Positions 8,563 through 20,570 of a DNA stretch of 62,196 bases are shown piece after piece (position 1 is the first letter of the stretch; each line of letters begins with the position of its first letter). Location: the NCBI GenBank assembly GCA_031581485.1, contig JAVLBA010000006.1, positions 1 to 62,196 on the forward strand. Direction: 5' to 3'. The stretch is from Desulfurivibrionaceae bacterium. GTDB lineage: Bacteria > Desulfobacterota > Desulfobulbia > Desulfobulbales > SURF-16. The notes below the pieces were generated by a model. That model made no database searches and was not told the origin of the DNA. It was given only the letters and a program-made list of their open reading frames with translations. Position numbers and translations under genes: made by a program.

Positions 8563-9894
8563 ATGCTCTGGCAGGCCGTTAAAGAACAACTTTCACAAAA
8601 AATACCGAAAAATGCCTATTCTCTCTGGATATCGCCTTTAAAGGGCCAGGAAGTTGACGACGGAACCCTCGTCCTGACAGGCCCTGACAGCTTTTTTTGC
8701 AACTGGGTCAATGATAAATATCTTGTTGATATTCAGACCTGTCTGCAGGAGATTGGCCGGGAAGGTGTGCAGGTCTCCTTCGCCGAATCTGCTCCTTTAC
8801 CCCCCCAGGATCCCCCCCTCCAAGCACGGCAGATGCGTCTCCCCACTATGCCGGTGGTCAGAAAATTTACCAAGGCCCTTAATCCCCGTTATACCTTTGC
8901 CGAGTTCATGGTGGGCAATTGTAATATGCTGGCCCATTCCGCCTGTGATGCCATTGCCAACCACCGGGATGATATCGGCAATATTGTCTATATCAATGGC
9001 GGTACCGGCATGGGCAAGAGTCATCTCACCCATGCCGTGGCCCATCATATTGTTAATCATGTGCCCTCCACCCGTCTCCACTATCTCACCGCCCAGCAGC
9101 TCACCGCGGAAATGGTCAAGGGGATCAAGACCAATACCATGGTCAATTTCAAAGAAAAATATCAGAACGAGTGTGATGTCCTGCTCATTGAGGATGTCCA
9201 TACCCTTTCCGGCCGGACCAAGACGCAGATGGAACTTGCCGAAACCCTGGATGTGTTGATGGAGTGCGGCAAGCGGGTGGTGTTCACCAGCTCAAAGGCG
9301 CCCCGGGAAATTGATAATCTTGATGAGGGGCTTCGTTCCCGGCTGGCCTATGGTCTGATCACCACCATTAATCCCCCTGGCTTTCATACCCGTCAGAAGA
9401 TTATCACCCGCAAGGCGGTCAATTGCGAACTGGCCCTGGATGAGAATCTCATCGGCTACCTGGCTGAAAACGTCAAGGGCGATATCCGACAGCTGGAGAG
9501 TATCATAGTCGGTATCAAGGCCCAGGCCGCCCTGCTGGGGGTCATTCCTGATTTTGACCTGATCAAGGAAACCCTCTGCAATATCATCGGGCAGCAGGGC
9601 CAGATCTCCGTGGAGATGATCCGTGATTTCATTGCTGCCCAGTACCGGGTGACCATCAATGACCTGCAGTCCAAGTCCAGAAAGCAGGCCATTGTGTTTC
9701 CGCGCCAGGTCTGTATGTATCTGGCCCGTAAACATACCGAGTTGCCGTTGGCCGATATCGGCCGGGCCTTGAACCGCGATCATTCCACTGTGGTCCATGG
9801 CGTGCGCGCCATCACCACCAAGATTGCCCGGGATGGTTCCACCCGCGGTCAGATTGAGCTCCTCTCCGACAAGCTGGAGAAAAAATTCCTCTAG
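8563..9894 (+). CDS. dnaA: DnaA-family replication initiator (probably second paralogue)
   Basis: Full domain set: WISPL, LNPRYTF..FMVG..N, GGTGMGKSHL, RSRL..GL, DIRQLE, PRQVCMYL, RDHSTVVH; no dnaN/gyrB/rpmH neighbours. Confidence 0.93.
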   Translation: MLWQAVKEQLSQKIPKNAYSLWISPLKGQEVDDGTLVLTGPDSFFCNWVNDKYLVDIQTCLQEIGREGVQVSFAESAPLPPQDPPLQARQMRLPTMPVVRKFTKALNPRYTFAEFMVGNCNMLAHSACDAIANHRDDIGNIVYINGGTGMGKSHLTHAVAHHIVNHVPSTRLHYLTAQQLTAEMVKGIKTNTMVNFKEKYQNECDVLLIEDVHTLSGRTKTQMELAETLDVLMECGKRVVFTSSKAPREIDNLDEGLRSRLAYGLITTINPPGFHTRQKIITRKAVNCELALDENLIGYLAENVKGDIRQLESIIVGIKAQAALLGVIPDFDLIKETLCNIIGQQGQISVEMIRDFIAAQYRVTINDLQSKSRKQAIVFPRQVCMYLARKHTELPLADIGRALNRDHSTVVHGVRAITTKIARDGSTRGQIELLSDKLEKKFL

Positions 9895-9946
9895 AGTGGG
9901 CCGGGAAAAAAATCGGGGCAGGGGAGATTCTCCTCCCTTTGGGACA

Positions 9947-9980
9947 AGGGTTACTGCGTTAGGCGGTGCCCTTTTTTTTT
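9947..9980 (+). terminator. Probable intrinsic terminator after dnaA
   Basis: Imperfect AAGGGTTACTGC/GCGGTGCCCTT stem followed by a long T run. Confidence 0.55.
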
Positions 9981-10181
9981 GCCCGCTACCCAAGGGAGGC
10001 ACGACCCTCTTTATAAGGGCGGGGATCTGCTTTGCGCTTTCCGTCTCCCTTGATTTCAGCTACCATAGATGCTGATGCTTTTTGTCCGGGCAGGGTGGCA
10101 GGGGGATGCTGGCTGCGGACTGGTTGTAAAAGGTCGCTCTGGCAGAAAGGGTAATAAAAAAGGCCTCGGTGGGGTGATGAT

Positions 10182-11612
10182 ATGGACCTGGTGAAAAGGT
10201 TTACCAAAATAGTGTGTACTATCGGTCCGGCCTCGGATTCGCCCCAGATGATTGAAAGGCTCATTGAGGCCGGTATGGATGTGGCCCGGATCAATTTTTC
10301 CCATGGCGACTTCCAGACCCATGGCAGGGTGATCAAAGATATCCGCCGGGTGTCGGCGGCAATGGGCATAGAGGTGGCAATCCTTGCCGATCTGCCCGGC
10401 CCCAAAATGCGGATAGGAGAACTTGCCACCGAGCCTATTGAACTGGAAGCCGATGACACCCTTATCCTCACCACCCGGGAGATCGTGGGCAGTGCAGCCC
10501 GGGTATCGGTGAGTTTTGCGGAGCTGCCCACCATAGTGGCGGTTGGCGACCTCCTTTTTATTAATGACGGCCTTATTCAGCTCCAGGTTCTGCAGGTGGA
10601 GGGCAGTGAGGTCCACTGCCGGATCATCGTGGGCGGCGAACTCCGCTCCAGAAAGGGGCTCAATCTGCCGGGCATTGATCTGGGGATCAGCGCGTTCACC
10701 GAACATGATCAGGCCTGCCTGCAGTTCGCCCTGGCCCACGGTGTGGATGCCATAGGGCAATCCTTTGTCAATAATGGCGCGGATATTGAGGCGGTCCGCC
10801 GGGCTGCCGCCGCCCTTGGCCACCAGCCCTTTGTGATTGCCAAGATCGAGCGGGCCGGGGCCCTGGAGAATATGGATGAAATTCTGGGGGCAGCAGACGG
10901 CATCATGATCGCCCGGGGCGATCTGGGGGTGGAGATCCCCATCGAACGCATTGCCATGGCCCAGAAAAAAATCATGGAAAAGGCCCTGTTGCTGGGCAAG
11001 CCGATCATAACCGCCACCCAGATGCTGGAGTCCATGACCCAGCAGAAAAGACCCACCCGCGCCGAGGCCACGGATGTGGCCAATGCCATTCTGGACGGCA
11101 CCGATTGTGTGATGCTTTCCGGTGAGTCTGCCATGGGCCGCTATCCGGTGGCAGCGGTAGAGATGCTGGCCCGCATAGCCGCGGAAACCGAACCTTTTCA
11201 CGCCGACCGGCGGCGGATCCAGTTTTTGGCCTGCACGGACTTGGATAAAAAAATCAGCCCCAGAGACCTGATTGCCCAGAGCGTCAATTTTGCGGTGGAA
11301 CGTTCGGCGGCCACGGCGATCTTCGTTCCCACCATGAGCGGCACTGCCGCCCGCAACATAACGCGTTTCCGCCTGCCGGTTGCCATTGTGGCCGTCAGCC
11401 CCAGCCTGGCAACAGTCCGGGCTCTGCGCTTTTCCTATGGTGTCCACTCCGAGTATGAGCCCGCCTTTCCGGATGAGTGGAACCACTACGCCCGCAAATG
11501 GCTGGCCGACCACAATATGCCCATCAGCCTGGTCCTGTTGGTCCAGGGGCCCTCGCCGCGACATCCTGCGGCCAATAATTCCATGCAACTGGTGGAGCTC
11601 GGCCGCCCCTAG
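10182..11612 (+). CDS. pyk: Pyruvate kinase
   Basis: TKIVCTIGPAS, ARINFSHG, DLPGPKMR, AKIE, ARGDLGVE, ATQMLESM, MLSGESA. Confidence 0.98.
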   Translation: MDLVKRFTKIVCTIGPASDSPQMIERLIEAGMDVARINFSHGDFQTHGRVIKDIRRVSAAMGIEVAILADLPGPKMRIGELATEPIELEADDTLILTTREIVGSAARVSVSFAELPTIVAVGDLLFINDGLIQLQVLQVEGSEVHCRIIVGGELRSRKGLNLPGIDLGISAFTEHDQACLQFALAHGVDAIGQSFVNNGADIEAVRRAAAALGHQPFVIAKIERAGALENMDEILGAADGIMIARGDLGVEIPIERIAMAQKKIMEKALLLGKPIITATQMLESMTQQKRPTRAEATDVANAILDGTDCVMLSGESAMGRYPVAAVEMLARIAAETEPFHADRRRIQFLACTDLDKKISPRDLIAQSVNFAVERSAATAIFVPTMSGTAARNITRFRLPVAIVAVSPSLATVRALRFSYGVHSEYEPAFPDEWNHYARKWLADHNMPISLVLLVQGPSPRHPAANNSMQLVELGRP

Positions 11613-11772
11613 GAGCCTGTCGGGCTTAGAGAATCGTAGCGAAAATTTGAGAAATTGAGGCCAGATTTGCATGGATTTGAGGCAAATAGCAGGGCTATTT
11701 AACGAAAAGCCATGGGAGTATGGGCCGATTTCTCGAATTTGCAGTAGATTTATGTCTAAGTCCGACAGGCTC
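11613..11772. mobile_element. 160-bp non-autonomous MITE-like element
   Basis: 18-bp terminal inverted repeats with 1 mismatch (GAGCCTGTCGGGCTTAGA / TCTAAGTCCGACAGGCTC); flanked by CTAG and TTAG; AT-richer interior; no transposase. Confidence 0.85.
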
Positions 11773-11862
11773 TTAGGCCCTGCTGTTGGGCCTCCGGGTC
11801 TTGATCCTGTTTGCAATCCCAGCAGGTATATGATAAGGGTTTCTGCTTGTTTTGCCATTCCT

Positions 11863-14153
<2,291 letters not shown>

Positions 14154-14221
14154 CCTCAGGGAGTAAGTCTGACCAAGAAACGTGCTTGATCAACCCTTTC
14201 AGGGTTAATGTTGTAAACATA

Positions 14222-14384
14222 TTTTGAGGCGCTCTGTACGAGCTTAATAGGGAACCCCGTGTAAATCGGGGACGGGCCCGCCGCTGTGACCGGGGACGAA
14301 TTCCGCGTAATACCACTGTTCTGCTGAAGGAATGGGAAGGTGCGGAAGGAGGATGAGCCGGGAGTCAGAAGACCTACCTCAAAA
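14222..14384 (+). ncRNA. Cobalamin riboswitch upstream of the btuB operon
   Basis: AATAGGGAACCCCGTGTAAATCGGGG..CCCGCCGCTGTGA..CCACTG..GGGAAGG..AGTCAGAAGACCTACC. Boundaries approximate. Confidence 0.95.
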
Positions 14385-14447
14385 AAATGAAGGTGAAGAT
14401 CCCCGTGGACCAGGGATTTTTGCACCCTATCTGTGGAATAGCAGGGC

Positions 14448-14488
14448 ATCCCCGGATCAATTTTATTGGTCCGGGGATTTTTTTTTCT
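14448..14488 (+). terminator. Riboswitch expression-platform terminator
   Basis: ATCCCCGGATCAA..TTGGTCCGGGGAT stem followed by a T run, between aptamer and start codon. Confidence 0.75.
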
Positions 14489-14529
14489 CATCTCCGGGCC
14501 GCATCTTTGTGATGTGAGGAGAAGGGAAG

Positions 14530-16509
14530 ATGAAGAAGTGGATAGGTATTCTGGTTGGGGGCCTGATCCTGGGTGGCCAGCCCCTGTGGGCAGAGAGCAG
14601 AGAAGCAGATGGCCAGAGCGTGGTGATGGATGAGGTGGTGGTGACGGCCGGCCGCCTGGCCGAGCCGCTGCGGAGCCAGACAGCCAGCGTCCTTATTATC
14701 GACGGCCACGAGATAGCAACCTCGCCGGCCCGTAATCTGGGTGATCTTCTGGCCCAGAAGGGGTTGGGGTATATCAAGAAATACCCGGGCGGTCTCACTT
14801 CCATGGGGATCCGCGGCTTTAAGACCGATACCCATGGCAATGATCTGCGCGGCCATGTCCTGGTTCTGCTGGACGGCAGACGGGCCGGCACCGGCAATGT
14901 GGCCAAGATCTCCACGGCAAATATCCAGCGGCTGGAGATCATCAGGGGGCCGGCTGCCGTGCAATATGGCTCAGCCGCCATGGGGGGCGTGGTCAATGTC
15001 ATCACCCGGCAGGGCCAGAAGGAGCCGGCAGCCCAGATCCGGGTGGCCCTGGCCAGCCATGGGGGCAGTGAGGCCGCCCTGGCACTCTCTGGCTGGCAGG
15101 GGAGCCTTGACTATGCCGCTGCTTTTTCCCGGGCCACCCTGGACGATTACCAGGATGGCAGCGGCCAGACCTTCTCTAATTCAGGCTATCACCGCCAGGA
15201 TGCCTATTCTGCCAATCTGGGCTACGCCTTTCACCCTGATCAGCGCCTCGGCCTGATCATTACCGGTTATGAAGGCGACCACCTGGGCAATCCCGGCTCT
15301 CTGAGTCAAAACGATCTGGACAATTATAAAGATGCCCGGCTCTACTCAGGCGATCTGGTGTACAGCGGCGCCCACAAGGAGAAGCTGAGCTGGCTCCTTC
15401 GTTATTTTCAGGGCCAGGACCGTGATCTCTGGCATGATCCTGTGGCCAGCAATGCCAGCGGTTGGGATAACGGCATTGCGGCCATGCAGAAGACCGCTCA
15501 CCAAGGCAGTCAGGCCCAGGGGAGTATGGATCTGGACTGGGCCCAGGTGACCGCCGGTCTTGACTGGGCAGATTATGCCATGGAGAGCACCTGGACCCCC
15601 CAGGAAACCGAATATGAAAACAGGGCCGGCTTCATCCTGGCCAAGGGAAGGTTTTTGGACCAGCGGTTGATTGTAGATGGTGGCCTGCGTTACGACACCT
15701 ATGAGGTTGCCATGCTGGAACCTGCCGGCCAGAGGGAGAAAGAAAGCAGGCTGACCCCAAGTGTGGGAATGGCCTATCTGCTCAGCCGGGCATGGCAGGC
15801 CCGGCTCCATTACGGCCAGGCCTTTGTCATGCCCGGCGCCGATCAGCTGGCTGCTGATTACACCATCTGGGGCCGCCATTATCTGGGCAATCCCCACCTG
15901 CGACCCGAGTCGAGCCGGACCTGGGAGGCAGGGATCCACTATTATGGCCCTCTTCTTGCGGCCGGGCTCAGCTCTTTTCATACCTCCTTTGACGACAAGA
16001 TTGAAGTCGTGGCGGTTGACGGCATATCCAGCTGGGACAATGTGGGCCGGGCAACAGTGGGCGGGGTGGAGGGAGAGTTTTCTTGCGATATCGGGGCCTG
16101 GCTTGCCTGGCCCTATGAGGTGAAACTCTTTGCCGGCCTGCTCTATCACCACACTTATGAAGACCAGGAGACGCAGCAGGATCTCAAATATATCCATGAA
16201 TGGCAGGGTTCCTGCGGCCTGAGTGTGACAGATTATGACGGCTTTTCAGGCCAGCTCAGTTTTGCCTACTCCGGGCCGCAGCTCATTGACGACAGGCAGA
16301 GCAGCATCGTACCCACCCCGGTGGTGGAGAAGGGCGGTTTCACCGTGGCCCAGGTGAGTGTGGTCAAGCGCCTCCTGACCCTGGATAAGGCAGGGGCTTT
16401 AAGCCTGCGTGCTGACATAGCCAATCTCCTGGACAAGGAGTATGCCTATGTCAAGGGCTACCCCATGCCTGGCCGCGTCTTCAGCCTGGGTCTGGAATGG
16501 GGGTATTGA
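14530..16509 (+). CDS. btuB: TonB-dependent receptor, probable cobalamin receptor
   Basis: Signal peptide, TonB box EVVVTAGR, plug (IRG..VLVLLDG..EIIRGPAAVQYG..GGVVNVIT), C-terminal YPMPGR..aromatic end; B12 riboswitch control. Confidence 0.9.
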   Translation: MKKWIGILVGGLILGGQPLWAESREADGQSVVMDEVVVTAGRLAEPLRSQTASVLIIDGHEIATSPARNLGDLLAQKGLGYIKKYPGGLTSMGIRGFKTDTHGNDLRGHVLVLLDGRRAGTGNVAKISTANIQRLEIIRGPAAVQYGSAAMGGVVNVITRQGQKEPAAQIRVALASHGGSEAALALSGWQGSLDYAAAFSRATLDDYQDGSGQTFSNSGYHRQDAYSANLGYAFHPDQRLGLIITGYEGDHLGNPGSLSQNDLDNYKDARLYSGDLVYSGAHKEKLSWLLRYFQGQDRDLWHDPVASNASGWDNGIAAMQKTAHQGSQAQGSMDLDWAQVTAGLDWADYAMESTWTPQETEYENRAGFILAKGRFLDQRLIVDGGLRYDTYEVAMLEPAGQREKESRLTPSVGMAYLLSRAWQARLHYGQAFVMPGADQLAADYTIWGRHYLGNPHLRPESSRTWEAGIHYYGPLLAAGLSSFHTSFDDKIEVVAVDGISSWDNVGRATVGGVEGEFSCDIGAWLAWPYEVKLFAGLLYHHTYEDQETQQDLKYIHEWQGSCGLSVTDYDGFSGQLSFAYSGPQLIDDRQSSIVPTPVVEKGGFTVAQVSVVKRLLTLDKAGALSLRADIANLLDKEYAYVKGYPMPGRVFSLGLEWGY

Positions 16510-16512
16510 GTG

Positions 16513-17379
16513 ATGAGATACTTTCTTCTTCTTTGGCTCCTGCTCTTTATGGTCATGCCGGTGATGGCCTGCGGGGAGGGGAGGGCGGCCCGTATCATCT
16601 CCCTGGGCCCGGTCAATACGGAAAACATCTATCTCCTGGGCGCCCAGGAGAGGCTGGTGGCCAATACCGACTATTGCCTGTGGCCGGAGGCGGCCCGGGC
16701 CAAGGCCAAGATCGGCTCTGTGCTGCAGATTAATATCGAAAAGATCGTTGCCCTGCGCCCAGACCTGATCCTGGCCACCGGCCTCAGTCAGCCCCAGCAG
16801 ATAGAAAAGCTGCAGGGGCTGGGGCTCAAGGTGGTGCAATTCGGCCAGCCCTCCTCCTTTGCCGATATCTGCGCCCACTTTATGGAACTGGGCAGATTGG
16901 TGGGGCTGGAGGCCAGGGCCGCCCGTATTGTGGAGGAGGCGCGGGCGCGGGTGACTTTGACGCGGCAACGGGTGGCGCTTCTCTCGCCCCAGAAGGTCTT
17001 TCTGCAGGTGGGTCTTCAGCCCCTTTTTTCGGCAGTGGAAGGTTCCTTTACCCATGATTTTATCGACCTGGCCGGCGGTATTAATATTGCCCGGAGGCAG
17101 AGCCGGGGTACTGTCAGGCTTGAAAAGGTCATTGCCGAAAATCCCGATGTGATCATTGTGGCGGTAATGGGCTCTGACCGCGGCATGGGCGCCAGGCAAA
17201 GGCAACGCTGGCTGGATCTCCGGGTCATGGAGGCGGCCCGGCAGCAACGGGTCCATGCCCTGGATCCGCATCTGGTCTGCAGTCCATCCCCTCTCACCTT
17301 TGCCGATACCCTGGAGCTGATGGCCCGGCTCATCCATCCAGATGTCTTCAGGAGCACCGCTCTGGAGGAGAGACCATGA
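16513..17379 (+). CDS. Cobalamin-binding periplasmic protein (BtuF-like)
   Basis: RIISLGP..TE, NIEKIVALRPDLIL, EKVIAENPDVII. Confidence 0.9.
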   Translation: MRYFLLLWLLLFMVMPVMACGEGRAARIISLGPVNTENIYLLGAQERLVANTDYCLWPEAARAKAKIGSVLQINIEKIVALRPDLILATGLSQPQQIEKLQGLGLKVVQFGQPSSFADICAHFMELGRLVGLEARAARIVEEARARVTLTRQRVALLSPQKVFLQVGLQPLFSAVEGSFTHDFIDLAGGINIARRQSRGTVRLEKVIAENPDVIIVAVMGSDRGMGARQRQRWLDLRVMEAARQQRVHALDPHLVCSPSPLTFADTLELMARLIHPDVFRSTALEERP

Positions 17380-18005
17380 CCCTGTGGCACCTGTTTCAGT
17401 CTGGCGGCCCCCTCATGTGGCCCCTGCTTCTTTGTTCCCTGGTGGTAATGACCCTGGTTTTTGAACGCACTCTCTTTTGGCTCAAACTGGGGCAGAAGCG
17501 CAATCACCCGCTGGTGGAGGAGGTGTTGCGTCTTGCCGGCCAGGGTGACTGGCCGGCCATAGAGGAGAAGACAAAAGAGAGCCGGGATTTTGTGGTCCTT
17601 GTCCTGGTTGCCGCCCTTGGTCATCGCCACTCTGTCATGACCCGGGCCATGGAGGCCCAGGCCGAGGTGAGCCTGCACCGCATGCGCCGCTTTATGTCGG
17701 CTCTGGATACCATGATCACCGTGGCCCCTCTCTTAGGCATCCTGGGGACCGTGCTGGGGATCATCGTCTCTTTTGAGATGCTGGGGGCAGGAGGGGGCAG
17801 CGATCCCCGGGCAGTGACCGCTGGTATTGCCCAGGCCCTTGTGACCACAGCCCTTGGCCTGGCCATTGCCGTTATGGCCGTGGTTCCCTATAATTTTTTC
17901 AACAGCCGGATCAGGCGGGCCGGCCATCTCATGGAAAAATATGGCAGTCGCCTGGAAATGGTCTGTCAGAAAAAGAAGGCAGGGGCTGGGAGGGATATGC
18001 CATGA
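17376..18005 (+). CDS. exbB: ExbB/TolQ/MotA proton channel
   Basis: GGPLMWPL, APLLGILGTVLGII, GIAQALVTTALGL. Confidence 0.93.
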   Translation: MTLWHLFQSGGPLMWPLLLCSLVVMTLVFERTLFWLKLGQKRNHPLVEEVLRLAGQGDWPAIEEKTKESRDFVVLVLVAALGHRHSVMTRAMEAQAEVSLHRMRRFMSALDTMITVAPLLGILGTVLGIIVSFEMLGAGGGSDPRAVTAGIAQALVTTALGLAIAVMAVVPYNFFNSRIRRAGHLMEKYGSRLEMVCQKKKAGAGRDMP

Positions 18006-18421
18006 AAATAAAAGAGCAGCCCCGCCGGCCGGCCCGCCTCGAGATGCTGCCCCTCCTTGATGTGGTCTTTCTGCTGCTGGTCTTTTTCATTTATGCCATG
18101 CTCTCCATGGCGGTGGAGCGCGGTCTCCATCTTGATTTGCCGCACTCCTCCCAGGCCCGGCCCTCCCCGGACCAGGTTACCGCCGTCTCCCTGTGCCGGG
18201 GAGCAGGGGGCCTGGAGGTGTATATGGATAAAGATCTCCTTTCCCTGGATCTCCTGGGCAGCCGCCTGGAATCCCTGGTGAACTCAGAAGCCACAAGAGA
18301 GCCGCGGGTCGCCCTTTTTGCCGAGGCGACCATTTCCTATCAGGAGCTCTTTATGGTCCTTGACCTGATCAGGGCAAGTGGTGTAGCTGCCATTTCCCTG
18401 CAGGCCGAGGCCGGTGAATAA
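18002..18421 (+). CDS. exbD: ExbD/TolR protein
   Basis: PLLDVVFLLLVFF motif; ATGA overlap with exbB. Confidence 0.93.
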   Translation: MKIKEQPRRPARLEMLPLLDVVFLLLVFFIYAMLSMAVERGLHLDLPHSSQARPSPDQVTAVSLCRGAGGLEVYMDKDLLSLDLLGSRLESLVNSEATREPRVALFAEATISYQELFMVLDLIRASGVAAISLQAEAGE

Positions 18422-18424
18422 GCC

Positions 18425-19144
18425 ATGCCTCTCCTGGTGCTCAGTTTTGTCGGAGCCCTGCTCTGCCATCTCCTGCTCTTTCTCACTCCCCTGGCCGGCT
18501 CCTTTATGGCCGTGGATGTGGAAGCACCCAGGCCCAAGGGCGAGGTCAGGGTCCATTTCAGCCAGCCGCGCCGCCCCCCTTCCCAGGGAAAAACCGTGTC
18601 GCCATCTGCCTTGCCGCCCCAGGCTGAGGGGAGAGCGGCAAGAGATCCTAAGGCGGAGCAGCTCCTTTCCCGGAAGATCATGAGAGGGGACGGAGTGTTG
18701 GAGCCGGCAAGGAAAAGATCAGGGCCGGCAGGGCAGGAGGAGCGGCCTGTATTGCAAAGGGCAGAAGAGGCCGCTCCTGTCGCGAGCCCCGCCGGCGCCC
18801 TGGCGAAGGGGACTGAAGCGCCGGATCCTCAAAGGGAGGGCGTGGCGGCGGCAGGAGCCGGAACTGAGGCCGCGCCCCTCTGGGAGCAGAATGGCAAACC
18901 AAGCTATCCGCCCTTGGCCCGCCGCCGGGGCTGGCAGGGCAGGGTCCTTCTTGAGGTCGTGGTACTGGCGGATGGGACGGTGGAATCTCTGGCGCTCCAT
19001 ACCAGTAGTGGCTACACCCTTCTTGACAAGAGCGCTGTCTTTGCGGTGCAGGCGTGGCGTTTCAGACCAGCCCGCCGAGAGGGAGTGGCTGTGGCCAGCC
19101 GGGTGCTGGTGCCCATTCATTTCATCTTGGAGAAGAGCTCGTAA
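18425..19144 (+). CDS. tonB: Energy transducer TonB
   Basis: N-terminal TM helix with His, Pro/Ala-rich linker, C-terminal YP..ARRRG.QG.V..SSG..LD..WRF.PA..VPI.F. Confidence 0.93.
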   Translation: MPLLVLSFVGALLCHLLLFLTPLAGSFMAVDVEAPRPKGEVRVHFSQPRRPPSQGKTVSPSALPPQAEGRAARDPKAEQLLSRKIMRGDGVLEPARKRSGPAGQEERPVLQRAEEAAPVASPAGALAKGTEAPDPQREGVAAAGAGTEAAPLWEQNGKPSYPPLARRRGWQGRVLLEVVVLADGTVESLALHTSSGYTLLDKSAVFAVQAWRFRPARREGVAVASRVLVPIHFILEKSS

Positions 19145-19356
19145 ATGGTACTGTTTGAGTCCCAGGGCCATGAAGGGCAAGGCTAGGCTGAACCACGGCC
19201 GGCCTCACCTCCTTGGTGAGGCCTCCGCTGCTGAGAGAAAATTTTTGCCATTTGCCTTCCTTCTGACGTAGAGTGTCTAGGATATCGTAGGCCGGGGCCG
19301 GGGTACGTTTCTGCTCTGGCCTGGCTCTCTTTTTAAAAAAAAGCGGGGAGAAAGTA

Positions 19357-19692
19357 ATGACAAAGGGGAAAATCGGTCTGGTGATGACAGCGGCTTTTCT
19401 GGTCTCTGCTCCTTGGGGCATGGCCGGTGCACAGGGACCGGAAACAATTGATTTGAAAGAACAATTCCAGGTGGAGGGCGGCATGAAGGCGGTTATCTTT
19501 CCCCATCGTACCCATCAGGCCAAGCTGGCCTGTTCCTCCTGCCATCTTGATCCGGAGGGCGGCGGCAAACTGGTGGTGGAACTGGTCAATAAGGTGGGGA
19601 TCGGCAATGATTTTCATAAAAAATTCTGCTGGCCCTGCCATGAGGAGATGAAGGTGCCCCGGGGTAAATCCTGCACCACCTGTCATGGCTGA
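19357..19692 (+). CDS. Small periplasmic triheme cytochrome c (c7/PpcA-like)
   Basis: Signal peptide; FPHRTH, three CxxCH (CSSCH, CWPCH, CTTCH) and extra His ligands. Confidence 0.9.
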   Translation: MTKGKIGLVMTAAFLVSAPWGMAGAQGPETIDLKEQFQVEGGMKAVIFPHRTHQAKLACSSCHLDPEGGGKLVVELVNKVGIGNDFHKKFCWPCHEEMKVPRGKSCTTCHG

Positions 19693-19872
19693 GATTGCCG
19701 CTCTCCCTTTGCCTTTTTCCGGCACCTGATGAGGCGCTGTCATTCGCCGGGGCTGGTTGCATTTTTCAGGTTTTATGACTATAAAAATCCTGGTGTGGGA
19801 AGTGCGGCGTTTGCGGCAGCCGGCTGTGGGCGTAAATTCGGGCTTCTCGATAATCAACAGGAGTCCCTTGTC

Positions 19873-20481
19873 ATGTCCGCCCCTCTTTTGCCCTTATCTG
19901 TCAGCAGCCGTATTGCTGCTATCTATGCAGAGATAGAAGAGCAGTATGCCCTGGTGGCCGGGCAGCTCGCCTTCAGCTGCACCGGCTGCCCGGATAATTG
20001 CTGCGACAGCTATTTTCAGCACCATACTTACAGTGAATGGGCCTATCTCTGGCTGGGCCTGCAGGAGCTGCCGGCGGCAAAACGGCAGGAGTATGAGGAC
20101 CGTTCCCGGGAGTATATTGCCCAAAGTAATGCGGCCCTGGGCCGCGGTGAACGGCCGCAGATCCTCTGCCCCTTAAATGACGACGGTCTCTGCGGCCTCT
20201 ACAGCCACCGTCTGCTCATCTGCCGCCTGCACGGCGTGCCCTCGGTAATGACCAGGCCCGATGGCCAGCAGCTCCTTTTTCCCGGCTGTTTTCGCTGCCA
20301 GGAGATCACCGGTGATCGTAAAGAGCTGCCCCGCATGGACCGCACCCAGATCTTTCAGGACTTTGTCCAGGTGGAGATGGAGTGGCTGGGGGTGAAGAGA
20401 AAGGTGCTGCCCAAGATAAAGATGACCATTGCCGAGATGATCATCAAGGGCCCCCCCCACTTCAGCCATTGCCGGATCTGA
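19873..20481 (+). CDS. YkgJ-family cysteine-cluster protein
   Basis: CTGCPDNCC, CPL..GLCGLY..R..ICR; AGGAG before ATG 19873. Confidence 0.85.
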   Translation: MSAPLLPLSVSSRIAAIYAEIEEQYALVAGQLAFSCTGCPDNCCDSYFQHHTYSEWAYLWLGLQELPAAKRQEYEDRSREYIAQSNAALGRGERPQILCPLNDDGLCGLYSHRLLICRLHGVPSVMTRPDGQQLLFPGCFRCQEITGDRKELPRMDRTQIFQDFVQVEMEWLGVKRKVLPKIKMTIAEMIIKGPPHFSHCRI

Positions 20482-20570
20482 ACATTCCCCTCAGCAGCAA
20501 GTCCATATCCCGCTACCACGCTCCCTGCCGCGGTCATGGCGTCTCAGGGCCGGGGCATTTTTGGAGGCCT

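Noticed and set aside
18414-18683. Frameshifted tonB start
   Set aside because: The ORF from ATG 18425 already contains the TM anchor and complete C-terminal domain.
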